A stretch of 64,000 nt of DNA from Naegleria gruberi (taxonomy: Eukaryota), in NCBI GenBank assembly GCA_000004985.1, contig GG738887.1; one strand, 5' to 3'. Positions 1-10,990 of this stretch are shown piece after piece. Every line of letters begins with the position of its first letter. The first letter of the stretch is position 1. Position numbers and translations under genes: made by a program. The notes under the pieces are model-generated. The model was given only the letters and a program-made list of their open reading frames with translations, was not told the origin of the DNA and made no database searches.

Positions 1-1
1 A

Positions 2-1771
2 AAAGCTAAAGTTGTTATTTTACATACTTTTACACTTGAAAGTAATAACAATCATCATCATCAACAATCTACCACTTCAACAACACATGTAAATGAACAA
101 AAACCTGTTACAAATGTACAACCACAAAGATCAAATCCGACAAGCAATCCTACTCCAAGTAGTAATGTTAAACCTCCATCATTCTCTGTAAATAATAGTC
201 ATTCTAATAATACTGTCAATAATCAACCACAACAAGTAAATAGAAATAATCAACCACAACCAAATACTTTCAACAGGCCACAACCACAACAAACAGCAAC
301 TAATAGTAATCCTGTACAACAAAGAAATCAACAACAAACATTTAATAGACCAAGCAATCCAACTAATAATGCACCTAGACAATCAGTAGGAAATGTAGGA
401 CCTCTTAAAACTAAACAAATATTACCATTAGTAGGTATTACTCCTTGGGTCAGTGATTGGGTAATTAAAGTTAGAGTTACCAAGAAAGGAGAACTTAAAA
501 AATGGTCTAATCCAACAAAAGAAGGTCATTTATTTTCACTTGAACTAATTGATGAAGATGGAGTTGAAATTAGAGCTACATTTTTTACTAACAAATTTTA
601 TGATCATATTAAGGAATCTAAAGTTTACTTTATGAAAGGTGGTAAAGCTAAATCAGCTGATAAAAAGTATTCAAGATTACCACATAGTTATGAACTTACA
701 TTCTATGATAATTCAGTAATTGAAGAAGCTGAAGATGATCAAGCAAAGAATATTCCTCAAGGTCATTTTGAATTCATACCTTTCGAACAATTGAAAACTA
801 TTGAAAAGAAGAATGGTGTTGATATTGTTGGTGTTGTTAAATCAATTGGTAATTCAGAACAAATGACAATTAAATCAAAACAAGATCCAAATGCTATTGA
901 AAAACAAACAACAAAGAGAGAATTAATATTAATTAACAAAGATAATGATGGTAATATTTATGAAGCTGCAATTACATTATGGGGAGAGGATAATATTTCT
1001 TTTAATATTGGTGATACTGTTATATTTACTGCACTCACAATCAAAGAATTCAAAGGTGGAGTTAAATTGAGTACATCAAAATCAACAAAAATTTTAACTA
1101 ATTTTGATTTACCTGAAAGTAGAAGAGTTATGGAACAATTTGCAAATTTAGAAACTCCAATTGAAGAAATTAAGGGTGTTTTATTAAGTGCTATTGAATC
1201 AAGTGGATCATTTAAGAAATATTCTCTTGAAGATTTAGATACTGTCAGAGTACAAGATTTAGAACAAGAGAAGTTTAAATCAAAAACATTTTTCATCAGA
1301 TCACATTTCTCTTTATTTAAAGATGGAAATTTAACCTATTGTGCTTGTGTAAATGAAGAATGCAAATCAAAGAAACTGAAGAGAGATGAAATGGATAACT
1401 CATATACCTGTCCTCTTTGTAATACTAAATATGACGAAACAACAGCAGCTCACAAGTATATGACTTCTGTTGTGTTAGGAGATCATACTTGTACAAAGAC
1501 TTTAACTGCTTTTGACAAAGGTATGACATTACTTTTAGGTGTGCCTGCAGGTGATTTTTATGCACTAGATGATCGTACTAAGGATGAATATAAGTCCATT
1601 GCTCAATCTAAAATTGCCACTTATATGGTAAGAGCAGGTGTTCAAAATAATAATGAACAAGGACCTCAAGTTAGATTTTCCTTTGTTGGACTTAAGGAAC
1701 CTGAATGGGCTAAAGAAGCAAAAGGATGTCTTGGTACAATCAATGCTTACTGCAGAACTTTTGGAATCTAA
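2..1771 (+). CDS. RPA1: Replication protein A large subunit (RPA70), N-terminus truncated by the window edge
   Basis: Frame 2 is open from nt 2 with no upstream stop, and the track ORF 632..1771 is only its Met-initiated tail. The translation gives a linker rich in N/Q/P. OB-fold DBD-A follows (ILPLVGITPWVSDWVIKVRVTKKGELKKWSNPTKEGHLFSLELIDEDGVEIRATFF), then DBD-B. DBD-C carries the RPA70 zinc ribbon CACVNEECKSKK..13..CPLCN (C-x2-C-x13-C-x2-C). The stop is TAA at 1769-1771. Confidence 0.85.
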   Translation, partial: KAKVVILHTFTLESNNNHHHQQSTTSTTHVNEQKPVTNVQPQRSNPTSNPTPSSNVKPPSFSVNNSHSNNTVNNQPQQVNRNNQPQPNTFNRPQPQQTATNSNPVQQRNQQQTFNRPSNPTNNAPRQSVGNVGPLKTKQILPLVGITPWVSDWVIKVRVTKKGELKKWSNPTKEGHLFSLELIDEDGVEIRATFFTNKFYDHIKESKVYFMKGGKAKSADKKYSRLPHSYELTFYDNSVIEEAEDDQAKNIPQGHFEFIPFEQLKTIEKKNGVDIVGVVKSIGNSEQMTIKSKQDPNAIEKQTTKRELILINKDNDGNIYEAAITLWGEDNISFNIGDTVIFTALTIKEFKGGVKLSTSKSTKILTNFDLPESRRVMEQFANLETPIEEIKGVLLSAIESSGSFKKYSLEDLDTVRVQDLEQEKFKSKTFFIRSHFSLFKDGNLTYCACVNEECKSKKLKRDEMDNSYTCPLCNTKYDETTAAHKYMTSVVLGDHTCTKTLTAFDKGMTLLLGVPAGDFYALDDRTKDEYKSIAQSKIATYMVRAGVQNNNEQGPQVRFSFVGLKEPEWAKEAKGCLGTINAYCRTFGI

Positions 1772-1798
1772 GTAAATTAAATACAAATATATTTCTAT

Positions 1799-2572
1799 TT
1801 AAATTTTCCATGCTTTGTGATAGTTTGGTAAAATACTTCTTAGTGTGAGTAATTGTTGTTGAATTTGATGTTCATGTAAAGATCTAATCTTCTCTTTTTG
1901 TTTTAACATTGATTTTCTAGCTCCATTCAAACCAAGAATGATTGTGTAGGAGGGTAACTGACACATAGCTCCATTATCTCCACCCAATTCACACAAAGCA
2001 TTAATGATACAATATTCCTCAATTTTCACATTATTATCAATTTTGCACTTGCATTCCAGTACGTTATAGTCACCAATTTTTACATTTCCACTAATATACA
2101 CTCCAGCTTTGATATGATTGTTATTTCCAATGGTGAGTGTATCTGTTCCTTGATTGATTATTACAACTCCTTCCTCAATAATATTATTCTTTCCAATTTT
2201 AATTCCTTTTGAATTATTTCCACATTCCAAAACACATCTTGGATGTATAATTGTTCCTTCATCAATATAAATCATATGTTGTGATAGAAGAATATTTTCT
2301 TGAACCTTGTTATTAATCAGAAAGGAAGATGCTGTTGTTACTAAGGCAGAAAGAGGAGGTTTTACCATTGCACTACTAATAGCATCACGTTTGTTTAAAT
2401 TAACCAAAGATATGGCACTCATCTTGTTCGGAACTGATAAACCTTGTTGTATTGGAGTTGAAGAGTTGCTGTTGTTACTGTTGGTTGTATTATTGTTTGA
2501 AGTAGTTTTTGATATTCCCTCTCGAATAGTTACATCATGACATACAAAACACGAGTCGTGAATAAAAACCAT
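1799..2572 (-). CDS. Hexapeptide-repeat (left-handed beta-helix) protein, dynactin p25/p27-like
   Basis: 257-aa ORF with imperfect hexapeptide repeats (IGKNNIIEEGVVIINQGTDTLTIGNNNHIKAGVYISGNVKIGDYNVLECKCKIDNNVKIEE) and an N/S-rich low-complexity insert. Family assignment rests on the repeat pattern only. Confidence 0.4.
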   Translation of the reverse strand: MVFIHDSCFVCHDVTIREGISKTTSNNNTTNSNNSNSSTPIQQGLSVPNKMSAISLVNLNKRDAISSAMVKPPLSALVTTASSFLINNKVQENILLSQHMIYIDEGTIIHPRCVLECGNNSKGIKIGKNNIIEEGVVIINQGTDTLTIGNNNHIKAGVYISGNVKIGDYNVLECKCKIDNNVKIEEYCIINALCELGGDNGAMCQLPSYTIILGLNGARKSMLKQKEKIRSLHEHQIQQQLLTLRSILPNYHKAWKI

Positions 2573-2602
2573 CCTCTAAAGGTTGTTGTGTATTTTTCTT
2601 TT

Positions 2603-3897
2603 TTATTGAATTCCAGCATGACCGAATGATTCTCTAATTATTGTTGTAATGTTGGAGAGGCATCTTTGAATCGATTCAGAAACCTTGTTGGATTGTTCAT
2701 TATTGTTTGTTTCTTCCAATTGTAAATCTCCAGATATAAAGTTACGAACTATTAGTCCTTCATGAGAGTGTTTTTCTGAGAATTTTTGCATATACTTGAC
2801 AACATGATGAGTGTTGATAAGGGCATGTCTTATTTGTGATGAGGAACCAACCATTACATCTTGATCATTGATACATCTCTGAATTAAAAGTAGTTCACTA
2901 CTCAGTTGGATGGGTTCATAAGGATAAACTGTAATTAAATTGTTAATGGTGATAATTTTCAATGGAGATGGACTACTTACTGTCTATTGAGGAATGTTTG
3001 AATTGATCCATAGCAATTTCAATTAATTGATCCATTATTTCACCAAGTGTTTCATCAGTAAAATATTTTTCAAATAAATCAGAGTTGTCAATAAGGTAAA
3101 TCCACAGATATCTTCTCAATACCCAAAGTGATTCGTGACCAGGGAAGAAAATAATTAAATACTGGCTATAATAGAATAATTTCAAGGAATATATTAAAAA
3201 GTATGGTATCTCCTTTTCATTTCCTAAATCCAATAGAGCTCTTTTGTAAGATTTCATTAAAATAATAATGTGGTTGACACATGAATGATCACTCACATTT
3301 CTCTTCAACCAATTAAATAAATCTTCCAATTTGGATTTGAGAAGATTCACTCGAATACTATTAACCTCTTCCTTTGAAGGTAAAAAATCACAGCTCATTA
3401 ACATATTTACAAGTTGTTGTCTATAAGACCAAGAATAATAGTTTCTTGGGTAGATTGTTACAGTCTTTTCACAATTTGAAATTTCATTATTAAAAAATTC
3501 TACATTAATTGTGTCAGTCAGAAGCTAAACAGGAATGAAACCAACCTAAAAATTCGTCCCTATCGGAAAAGAACTTTCCGTTATTAAATATCAAATTTCT
3601 AATGATCCAACTTCTATGCTCCCATGAATCACAACTCTTTGGATGCTTTGTTGCTACTAAATTCAAAAATTTTAATTCCTTCAAAACAATATCACGATTG
3701 TCCTTGTTGTTCGTCAGGTATTCCTTTCTCCTACTCCATGCTGTAAAGCAATCGGCATTAATTAATAATATTGCTCTGGTAATTTTCAACATTTCCTCTT
3801 GAGTGTGATTGTCATGGTCAATTAATTTAGAATATGCATATCTGTACAACAATGGTAAACACCAAAATGATAATCCAATCCTATGATCCTTATACAA
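2603..3897 (-). CDS. Protein prenyltransferase alpha subunit (PPTA repeats); three 3' exons resolved, 5' exon not found
   Basis: Exon model complement(join(2603..2928,2981..3499,3546..>3897)), with introns 2929..2980 (GTAAGT...ACAG) and 3500..3545 (GTTGGT...GTAG), both phase 1. PPTA motifs are present: FTAWSRRKEYL, KSCDSWEHRSWIIRNL and PRNYYSWSYRQQLVNML. The track ORF at 3897 starts on TTG and the frame is open to a stop at about 3905, so the ATG exon lies further upstream and is unresolved. FTase/GGTase-I alpha cannot be told apart from RabGGTase alpha by sequence alone. Confidence 0.6.
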
Positions 3898-4272
3898 GAA
3901 GGGTATATTAGTTTCAACATGTCTTTAAAAAGTGGAGAAATAAGCTATGCAAAATATTGAGGTGAGGTAAGTTAGTTACTCGAGCAAAGAGAGGGCACCT
4001 CAGCACCTTCCATTTAGCAACGCGTAGCGAAATGAAATAGTTGTGATCGAAATTGGGTTTGGCAGAGCGGCAACTATATCGAGCTGCTTAAATGTTATTC
4101 CATTGAGAGAGGTAAGGATGATGATCATGATCAGTGAGCCTCCTTGACGATTAGCATCTACCTTTATTTTTAAGATCATATCCCCTAATACTACAGTAAT
4201 CATCTGTAAAAAAAGTCGTTAAGCAATTGTTCTTTCTCTTTTAATATATACATTATTTAATAGTGATGAAAG

Positions 4273-7200
4273 ATGAGTTCAATGCAGCCGAATGATGATA
4301 AAACACCACCAAATCAGCAAACACCGACTACTTCTACAAATCCTTTCGGTGCTGTTTTAAATAAGGCTGGTATACTCAGGAGGAGGATGTCAAGTCCTCA
4401 TGGTGATAATATTAACAAAGCAGAGGCACTGGTTACTAAGCAATTATCAAACTTGGAGAACTCTATCAAGGATACAGTGAAAAAAACTGTGGTAAAATTT
4501 GGTAATGAAGTTGATGATTTGATCGATAATTTAAATAAGATTGAGGATACATCAGCATTATTGAAGGAACAGATAGAAAAAGAGGCGGATCTTAAAAGGA
4601 AGCTTACGGAAGTAGAAAAGGAAAATGAGGATTTGAAGAAACAAGTAGAAAAGTTAAGCAAAGATTATAAATCAAAATGTGATGATGTTGAATCAAAGGA
4701 TTCTGCCATTGAAAAACTACTCAAGAGAGCCGCAGAAAGAGAAAAGGAGCTTAATGATACTAAGGATTTGCTAAGACAAAAAAATCAGAAAATTTCCTTT
4801 CTAGAAAATATCCACTCTGAAATTTTGAAAAATGCTACAAAAGAGGAGAAATTTAAATTGAGCTATATAGATTCAGAAACAAAGAGGATGGTGTTGGAAA
4901 ATGAAGTCAGCGATATGAAGAGAAGTCTGGAAAGTATGCAAGCTGAACAAGGTATCAAATCTTCTTCCAAGAGATTCCAAAATCAGTTGGAAGCGCAAGC
5001 TCTTGAAAAGGAGAAGGATAATCTTGAGAAACAAGTACAATCTCTTTTAAAACAATGTAAAGATACTGAGAGACAACGAGATGCTTGTAAAAAGATTGCC
5101 GCAGAAGCTAATGATAAAGTTACTAGAATGGAAGCAACATTAAAGGAATGTGAAGATAAGCGAGTGAAGGCAGTTGAAGAAACCATGAAGAGAAGTACGG
5201 AACTTAAGAATTCAGCACAAAAGATCAAGGAGTTGGAAACCAAATTGGCTCTAAGTGAACAAAAGATTCAAGATATCGAAGATCTTACATTGTTATCCAA
5301 GCTCCATGAGGAAGAAATGAAGGGAACCGGATCTGTAGAACAGTTGAGAAGACTGCACACCTACAGGCAAAATAAGCTGGATAAGGCCAATTCAAGTTCT
5401 TCTGTACAACTTCGTATCCTTGAGAAGGAACATAATGCTTTACGAATGAATTATGATCTTACCATGATGGAAGTTAGTAACTTATTTGATCTTAACCAAT
5501 CCTTAACTTCACAATTGAAGGAGCTTAAAGAAGGAGCAACACCTACAAATTCCGAAGAATGGAAGATTTTAAAGCAAGAAGAAAAATCAGAGTTGGAAAA
5601 TTTACAAACAATTCAAAAGTTAAAGGAAGAAATTGATAGATTGAGGGAAGAAAATGACAAATCGAAGAATGCCATTGAAATTAAATGTATGGAAATCTCA
5701 AGCTTTAAGGATCAAATTGATGAAATGAAATCAAGATTTCAAAATTTGTCAACCGAAGCTAAAAGTGATTATGAGACTTATGCCGAGAGGGAAACCAATT
5801 TATTGCGAAGTATGGATGCCTGTGAGCAAGTTATTGAAGAAAAGAAGAAGGAAATTGTTGAACTCGTGTCTACTAATAACACATTGAAGCAACAAATAGA
5901 AGAAGTGAGCACAACAATGAATGCAAAGATTGAAGAAATCCAGGAACAAAGTAAAAAGGAAATTGAAGAAATCACAGAAAAAAGCAACAAGAAGATTGAA
6001 GAAATTACAGAGAAAACCTCTAAACAAATTGAGGAAATTACGGAACAAACTTCAAAACAAATTGAGGAGGTAAAATCACAATATCAAAAGGAGCTTTGTG
6101 AAGCATCAGTTATCACTGATCCAAATGATCAATCTGAAAATGCATCCCAAACAGAACAAATTTCTGGAGATCTTAACTCTAAATCAGATATTGAATCAGA
6201 ATTGGATACTCTCAATCAACAACTTGAATTGGTCACTTCTCAAGTGAAAGAAATAACTGCATTGAAACAAGCAGAAAAGGAGAATTTTGATATAGATGAT
6301 AACAGCCAAGAAACAGGAAATGAAGGTTTTGCTTGATGAGAAAAAGAGAAACCTAGAAGAAATCATGTCCCTTAATAATCAAAGAACCAAACTTGAGGAC
6401 ATTGTAAAACAAGAAACAGAAAAGTTGGAACGTATTGTAAAACAGAAGAATCTTGTAATTTTAAGCCAAAATGATGTAAACTACGAAACACAACCAAGCA
6501 ACATTGAAATCATTGAAACTATTGAAACAAATAATGAAACCTTTTCCGTACAGGGAAGCAAAGAGGAGGAAGAGGACGTTGATGAGTTTGACATTGTTTA
6601 TTCTAATGAAATTCAAACTCCTAATCATTTAGAATCTGAAGAGCAAGCCAATACTGATGACGATATTTGTAATGTAGATTTACCACAGGATGGAACTAGT
6701 ATTTCTCAAAACTATGAACCTACTCCTGATTATTCATTACGGGAAGACCTCGAGCATGAAGACGAAATTATGAAGAGAGTCAAAGAACTGCAATCTTGTT
6801 TAAGTCCAGATTACGCTCTTACATCATATGAAGATGTGGAGCAACACCTTGGACATGAAGCCCAAACGAACACTACACCAATGTCTCTTGATCATTCTGT
6901 TGAGGGTACTCCCCTTACTCCTCTTAGTTTGTTATCTCCACAAACTGATGAACAGAGCTTGTCTGAGAAAAAGGATGTCTGTGTTGAAACAGATGTATTC
7001 TATGAGATTGAGCCAACAACCAAAGTCACCAAGTTTGAAAAGCTGTTTACCCAAAAGTGGAATGATTTTGAAGAAGATGAAAGTGATTATTTCCTCAACA
7101 TTCCTTCACCAAAAACTGCTAAAAAACAAGTCTACTATTATGAAAAGAAATATTTACATCTCAAGATGAAATATAGACAGATGGTTGAAGAACTTGTCCG

Positions 7201-7369
7201 ATTTGAACTTGGATCAAGACAATACAAACAAAGAACTCGTAAATATAGGGAAGATCTGGAAACCTCTAAGAAGAAACTTGTTTCGCTTAATAAGGAAAAG
7301 AAAGAGTTGGAACGTGATCTTAAAGCCAGAATTTTAGGTCTCGAAAAGAAGCTCAAGAGGAATCAATAA
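4273..7369 (+). CDS. Long coiled-coil protein (myosin-tail/SMC-like heptads) with acidic S/T-rich C-terminal half; reading frame changes near 6292-6336
   Basis: Track ORFs 4273..6336 (687 aa) and 6296..7369 (357 aa) overlap by 41 nt in different frames. Both are E/K/Q-rich heptad sequence that continues across the junction (…KQAEKENFDI / …KKQEMKVLLDEKKRNLEEI). No GT..AG intron fits, so this is one gene carrying an indel, or a pseudogene. Confidence 0.55.
5935..6075 (+). repeat. Imperfect in-frame tandem repeat (about 39-42 nt unit) inside the coiled-coil gene
   Basis: Encodes KKEIEEITEKSNK / KIEEITEKTSKQ / IEEITEQTSKQ / IEEVKSQ, i.e. repeated aagattgaagaaattacagagaaa-like units. Confidence 0.6.
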
Positions 7370-7396
7370 ATTGTAAAGACATTATATAACAAATGT

Positions 7397-9607
7397 TTAA
7401 CTGGTATAAATTTTTACAATACTGTCAGCACCACCCGAAGCCAGTAAATCTTGTGAATGATGATAGGAAACACAATTAATAGATTCATCAAACTTCTTTC
7501 TATGACCAGGAAGTTCTTGAACACAAGACTTGGAACCAATATCCCAAACTCTTAGAGAGGAGTCATGACCAACAGTTGCAAAGTATAATCCACTACGATC
7601 AAAGGCCACTGAAGTAACTGCCTCCTTGTGACCAACCATTTGACTAAGTACCTTACCACTTGATGAATCATAGAATCTGATCTTCTTATCTTCATTAGCA
7701 GTTACTATGATTGGGAGTTTATCGTGACATGCGAATTGATAGACTAATGCGTCTGTCTTACCATCATCAATATTCTCTGAAATCCATATTGATTTTCCTG
7801 TTTCCACATCAAAAGCAGCAATTTTAGAATTAGTGAAAGAGGCAATAAACTTGGAAGTATCACTTGGCAAGAAAGAAACGCAAGTAGGTGTTCCAATCTT
7901 TGAAAGCATGAAAGTTTTCTTAATTTCTCCTCTTTCATAATCCCAAAGAATAACTGAATCGTCAGAACTTGCTGATAACAGTGATTGATTACTTTCATTT
8001 AAGGAAAGAGACCAAACAACATCTGTATGTCCTTTGAGTGTAGTCTTTAAGAATGGAGTAGCAAAACCATAATTTGTGTATGGATTATGATCCAATTGAG
8101 GAATATCCCATACAATAATTGTTTCATCAAAACCTGCACTAAAACAATGTGATGAACCACATTTAACAGTACAAACTCCTCCTGTGTGACCTCTCAATGT
8201 TTGAATTGGAGTATCACTGTTTCTTGTTAATATTATTCAAATTAAAAATGAAACTTACTTAGTACCAGTGAGTCCAGAAACATTCCAAACCTTTAATGTA
8301 CAATCCTCGGAACCGCTAATCATGCAATTCAAAGTTGGGTGGAATGCAACAGATCTTATAGAATCCAAATGATGTCTAAGAGTATATTTAGGTTTCCAAG
8401 AAATTGGTTGATGGTGGATAATTTGTGGTTGTTGGACTGGCATTGGTGGTAATTGTGTAGGTAGTTGTTGAGTTTCTTCAGTATTCCATGATAATGTCTT
8501 CCTTCCGAAAAATGTTCCTTCCTCTTTGCTATTTGAATTATCTTCATCCTTCCAAGGTTTAACTTCCTCTAACATGTCATCAGGAATTTTAGCTCCAATC
8601 TTTTTCTCAATTAATTTATCAGAATATCCTCTTTGTCTTAATTGTGTAATGAATTTTCTCATATCCTCATCCTCAGGAATCTCATTAGAAGAACTGTTTT
8701 TATGCTTGTTCTTCTTTTTATGCTCTTTTGTTGGTGTTGTAGGCAACTCTGCAACTGGTTCTTGTTTTGGTTTTGTTTCTTGTATTGATGACTCATTTTC
8801 TGTTGTTATTACTGTAGGTGAATTAAAGACTGGTGATTGAATATCAGATTTTGGTGTTGATGGTGTTGTTTCTGTTGTTGCTAAACCAGCATCTTTACTT
8901 GGTTCAGAACTTGGTAATACCAAATTAGAATTCATAGCAGTCGATGGAATATTGTCGGGTATGTCCACAAGGAGGGACATTAAATCTGATGAATCAATTT
9001 CTTTCAAATAGCTACAGAAAATAAGAAAATCTTAATTTACACCGATCATTAACAAAACTTACCCTCTTAAAAGTTCTAAACTCTTTGGTTTTGCTCCGGA
9101 TGTAGTTATACTAGTTGTAGAAGCAGGTTTACTTGGAGGAACATCATTCACTGGTTTTGCTGTTGTTACAAGTGATTCACAAAATGAAATCAAGTTCTTC
9201 TTGTAATCACCATCATTAGTTTCTGTGTTTTTAATATAATCTACAAGTGTTGAATATTTTGATCTTTCCGTTCGAAGAGCAAATTCTAACATTTTGATTC
9301 TACGCAATAAATCATATTGTATCTTTTCTTGACTTTTACGAAAAGCTTCAAGATGCGAAATAGTTGTCGATAACTCTCCTCTCTCTAATTCCCATAACTC
9401 CTTTTCATTCTCGTATTTACGAAATTCTCGTTGTAGAAAATTTATAGTTGTTGGGAAATTTAATTTTTGTAGTAGCTGATTATTTACAGAATTATTCATA
9501 CTATAAAATCCACTACCATTATTTGTTGGAGTATTTGTATTATTAATTGATGAAGAAGAGGTGGGTGATGATACACCATTATTATTGGGTGTGGCAAAAC
9601 CACTCAT
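7397..9607 (-). CDS. strn: Striatin (STRIPAK scaffold: N-terminal striatin/coiled-coil domain plus C-terminal WD40 propeller)
   Basis: Exon model complement(join(7397..8222,8259..9011,9063..9607)), with introns 9012..9062 (GTAAGT...TGTAG, 51 nt) and 8223..8258 (GTAAGT...ACAAG, 36 nt). The N-terminus FLQREFRKYENEKELWELERGELSTTISHLEAFRKSQEKIQYDLLRRIKMLEFALRTERSKY matches the conserved striatin domain (human …EWARFEMERAHWEVERAELQARIAFLQGERKGQENLKKDLVRRIKMLEYALKQERAKY). WD40 repeats (…IRSVAFHPTLNCMISGSEDCTLKVWNV…TLRGHTGGVCTV…WD) follow through to the stop. Confidence 0.85.
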
Positions 9608-9852
9608 TTTTTAATCTTTTGATTTTTCATCATCTATCACTTATTCTTAGTGGCAAAGGAAAAATTCAAGAAAAACAAGGCTTGATATCATTATCATTAT
9701 ATAGATTATCTCGATGATACCAGGAACGAATGGCTTTAAAGTGTTAAGGTTGAAGAATTTGATTTTTTAATACATTCTCTCATACAATGATGAGCGCACA
9801 ATTTATTATTATTATTAATATTTTCAAAATTAAATCATAATGATGACGACAA

Positions 9853-10812
9853 TTACATTAAGAGACACTTTTTTTGTTTCTTAGCAGCATAGGTTTCCAT
9901 TTGTTCCAAATCCGAATCATCAAGTCCCTTAATAAATTTAAATAAATATTAAATATTTTAAATATTTTAAATATTTTTTACAATAATATTAATAAATATA
10001 TAATTATTTAAAAAAACAAACCTTCTTTCTGAATTGTCCATTTGCTTGGTAAAGACATCTTAATAAAATATTCATTACATAATCAACACAATCCACTGAA
10101 ACTTGAGGTAACTCAATGAAGGCAGTCATATCTCCTACCTTCTTTGCAAAATTGATAATATCATCATGTGGTATTCTATCTTCGATATTTCTTTTCACTG
10201 GACCTTTTGGATTCCAATCAAATGAAAATAAGACAAATGGCATTTCCTTTTTTGCTTTCTTTTTGACACTTAATATTTCAGGAAGGTATTTTTTTTCTAA
10301 TAATTTCAGATGCTCCTTCTCGTATGGATTGAAACAGAGAACAAATCCTGTTGAGTAATAGTAGGCATCTTTTCTAATTCCAATAGTCTTTAATTTTCCA
10401 TATTTGGAATATTTAAATATTATTCAAAATATTTAAAAGACATACTTCTGCATCATCGTCATCTCTCAAATCACGAGGATCGAATGTAACTCTATGATCT
10501 GCACTCAAATTAATTACGTAATTAGAGTGTGCAAAATAAATTGGTAATTCCATTTCTTTTGGAACTTTCTTCTTTCCGTGAGTGTACAGAACCTTTCGAA
10601 AAACAATTTGAATTATCCAAAACATGTAAATTCCATTAAAATCCCAATAAACATACTCCTGTTTTATAACAATCTTTAGGTCCTACAAAACTAATGATAA
10701 TTTTTTCGTCCATTTCGTTATCGGAAAGTACTGCAGTTCTGGCAACCTCATGAAGTTTATCCTTCATCCCTTGAGAAACTGCCATTATCTGGCTAGGTGA
10801 ATATTTAGACAT
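9853..10812 (-). CDS. Hypothetical conserved protein of about 247 aa in four exons; family not recognised
   Basis: Exon model complement(join(9853..9927,10022..10387,10446..10592,10657..10812)) with GTATGT/GTTTGT donors and AAAG/TAAG acceptors. The product is MSKYSPSQIMAVSQGMKDKLHEVARTAVLSDNEMDEKIIISFVGPKDCYKTG|VLYTHGKKKVPKEMELPIYFAHSNYVINLSADHRVTFDPRDLRDDDDAE|TIGIRKDAYYYSTGFVLCFNPYEKEH…FDWNPKGPVKRNIEDRIPHDDIINFAKKVGDMTAFIELPQVSVDCVDYVMNILLRCLYQANGQFRKK|GLDDSDLEQMETYAAKKQKKCLLM. Track ORFs 10004..10243, 10413..10625 and 10636..10917 are its exons. Confidence 0.5.
9945..9990. repeat. AT microsatellite (AAATATTTTA)n within intron 3 of the preceding gene
   Basis: aaatattaaatattttaaatattttaaatatttttt read directly. 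Confidence 0.6.
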
Positions 10813-10990
10813 TTTTTTGATGATTGTTGATATCATTGACAGTATGAAAATCTGAAATCTTGCCGTAAATTTTAAGTCATAAAAAAGCCTCAAGACATCT
10901 ACGGAAATCAAAACCACTTATTACAATGGAATTTTTGAACGTGTGCTGCAATTTTGAAAAAGAATTATTATTACACCTAACTTTAAAAAA

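Noticed and set aside
179-1786. Minus-strand ORFs 179..382, 958..1296 and 1565..1786 overlapping the RPA70 gene
   Set aside because: They are antisense shadow ORFs inside a well-supported plus-strand CDS. They are low-complexity and have no motifs. Long antisense ORFs are expected in AT-rich coding DNA.
3950-4110. tRNA or other canonical small RNA in the GC-richer spacer at 3950-4110
   Set aside because: No A-box/B-box (GTTCGANTC) or cloverleaf could be assembled. It is retained only as a structured-region observation.
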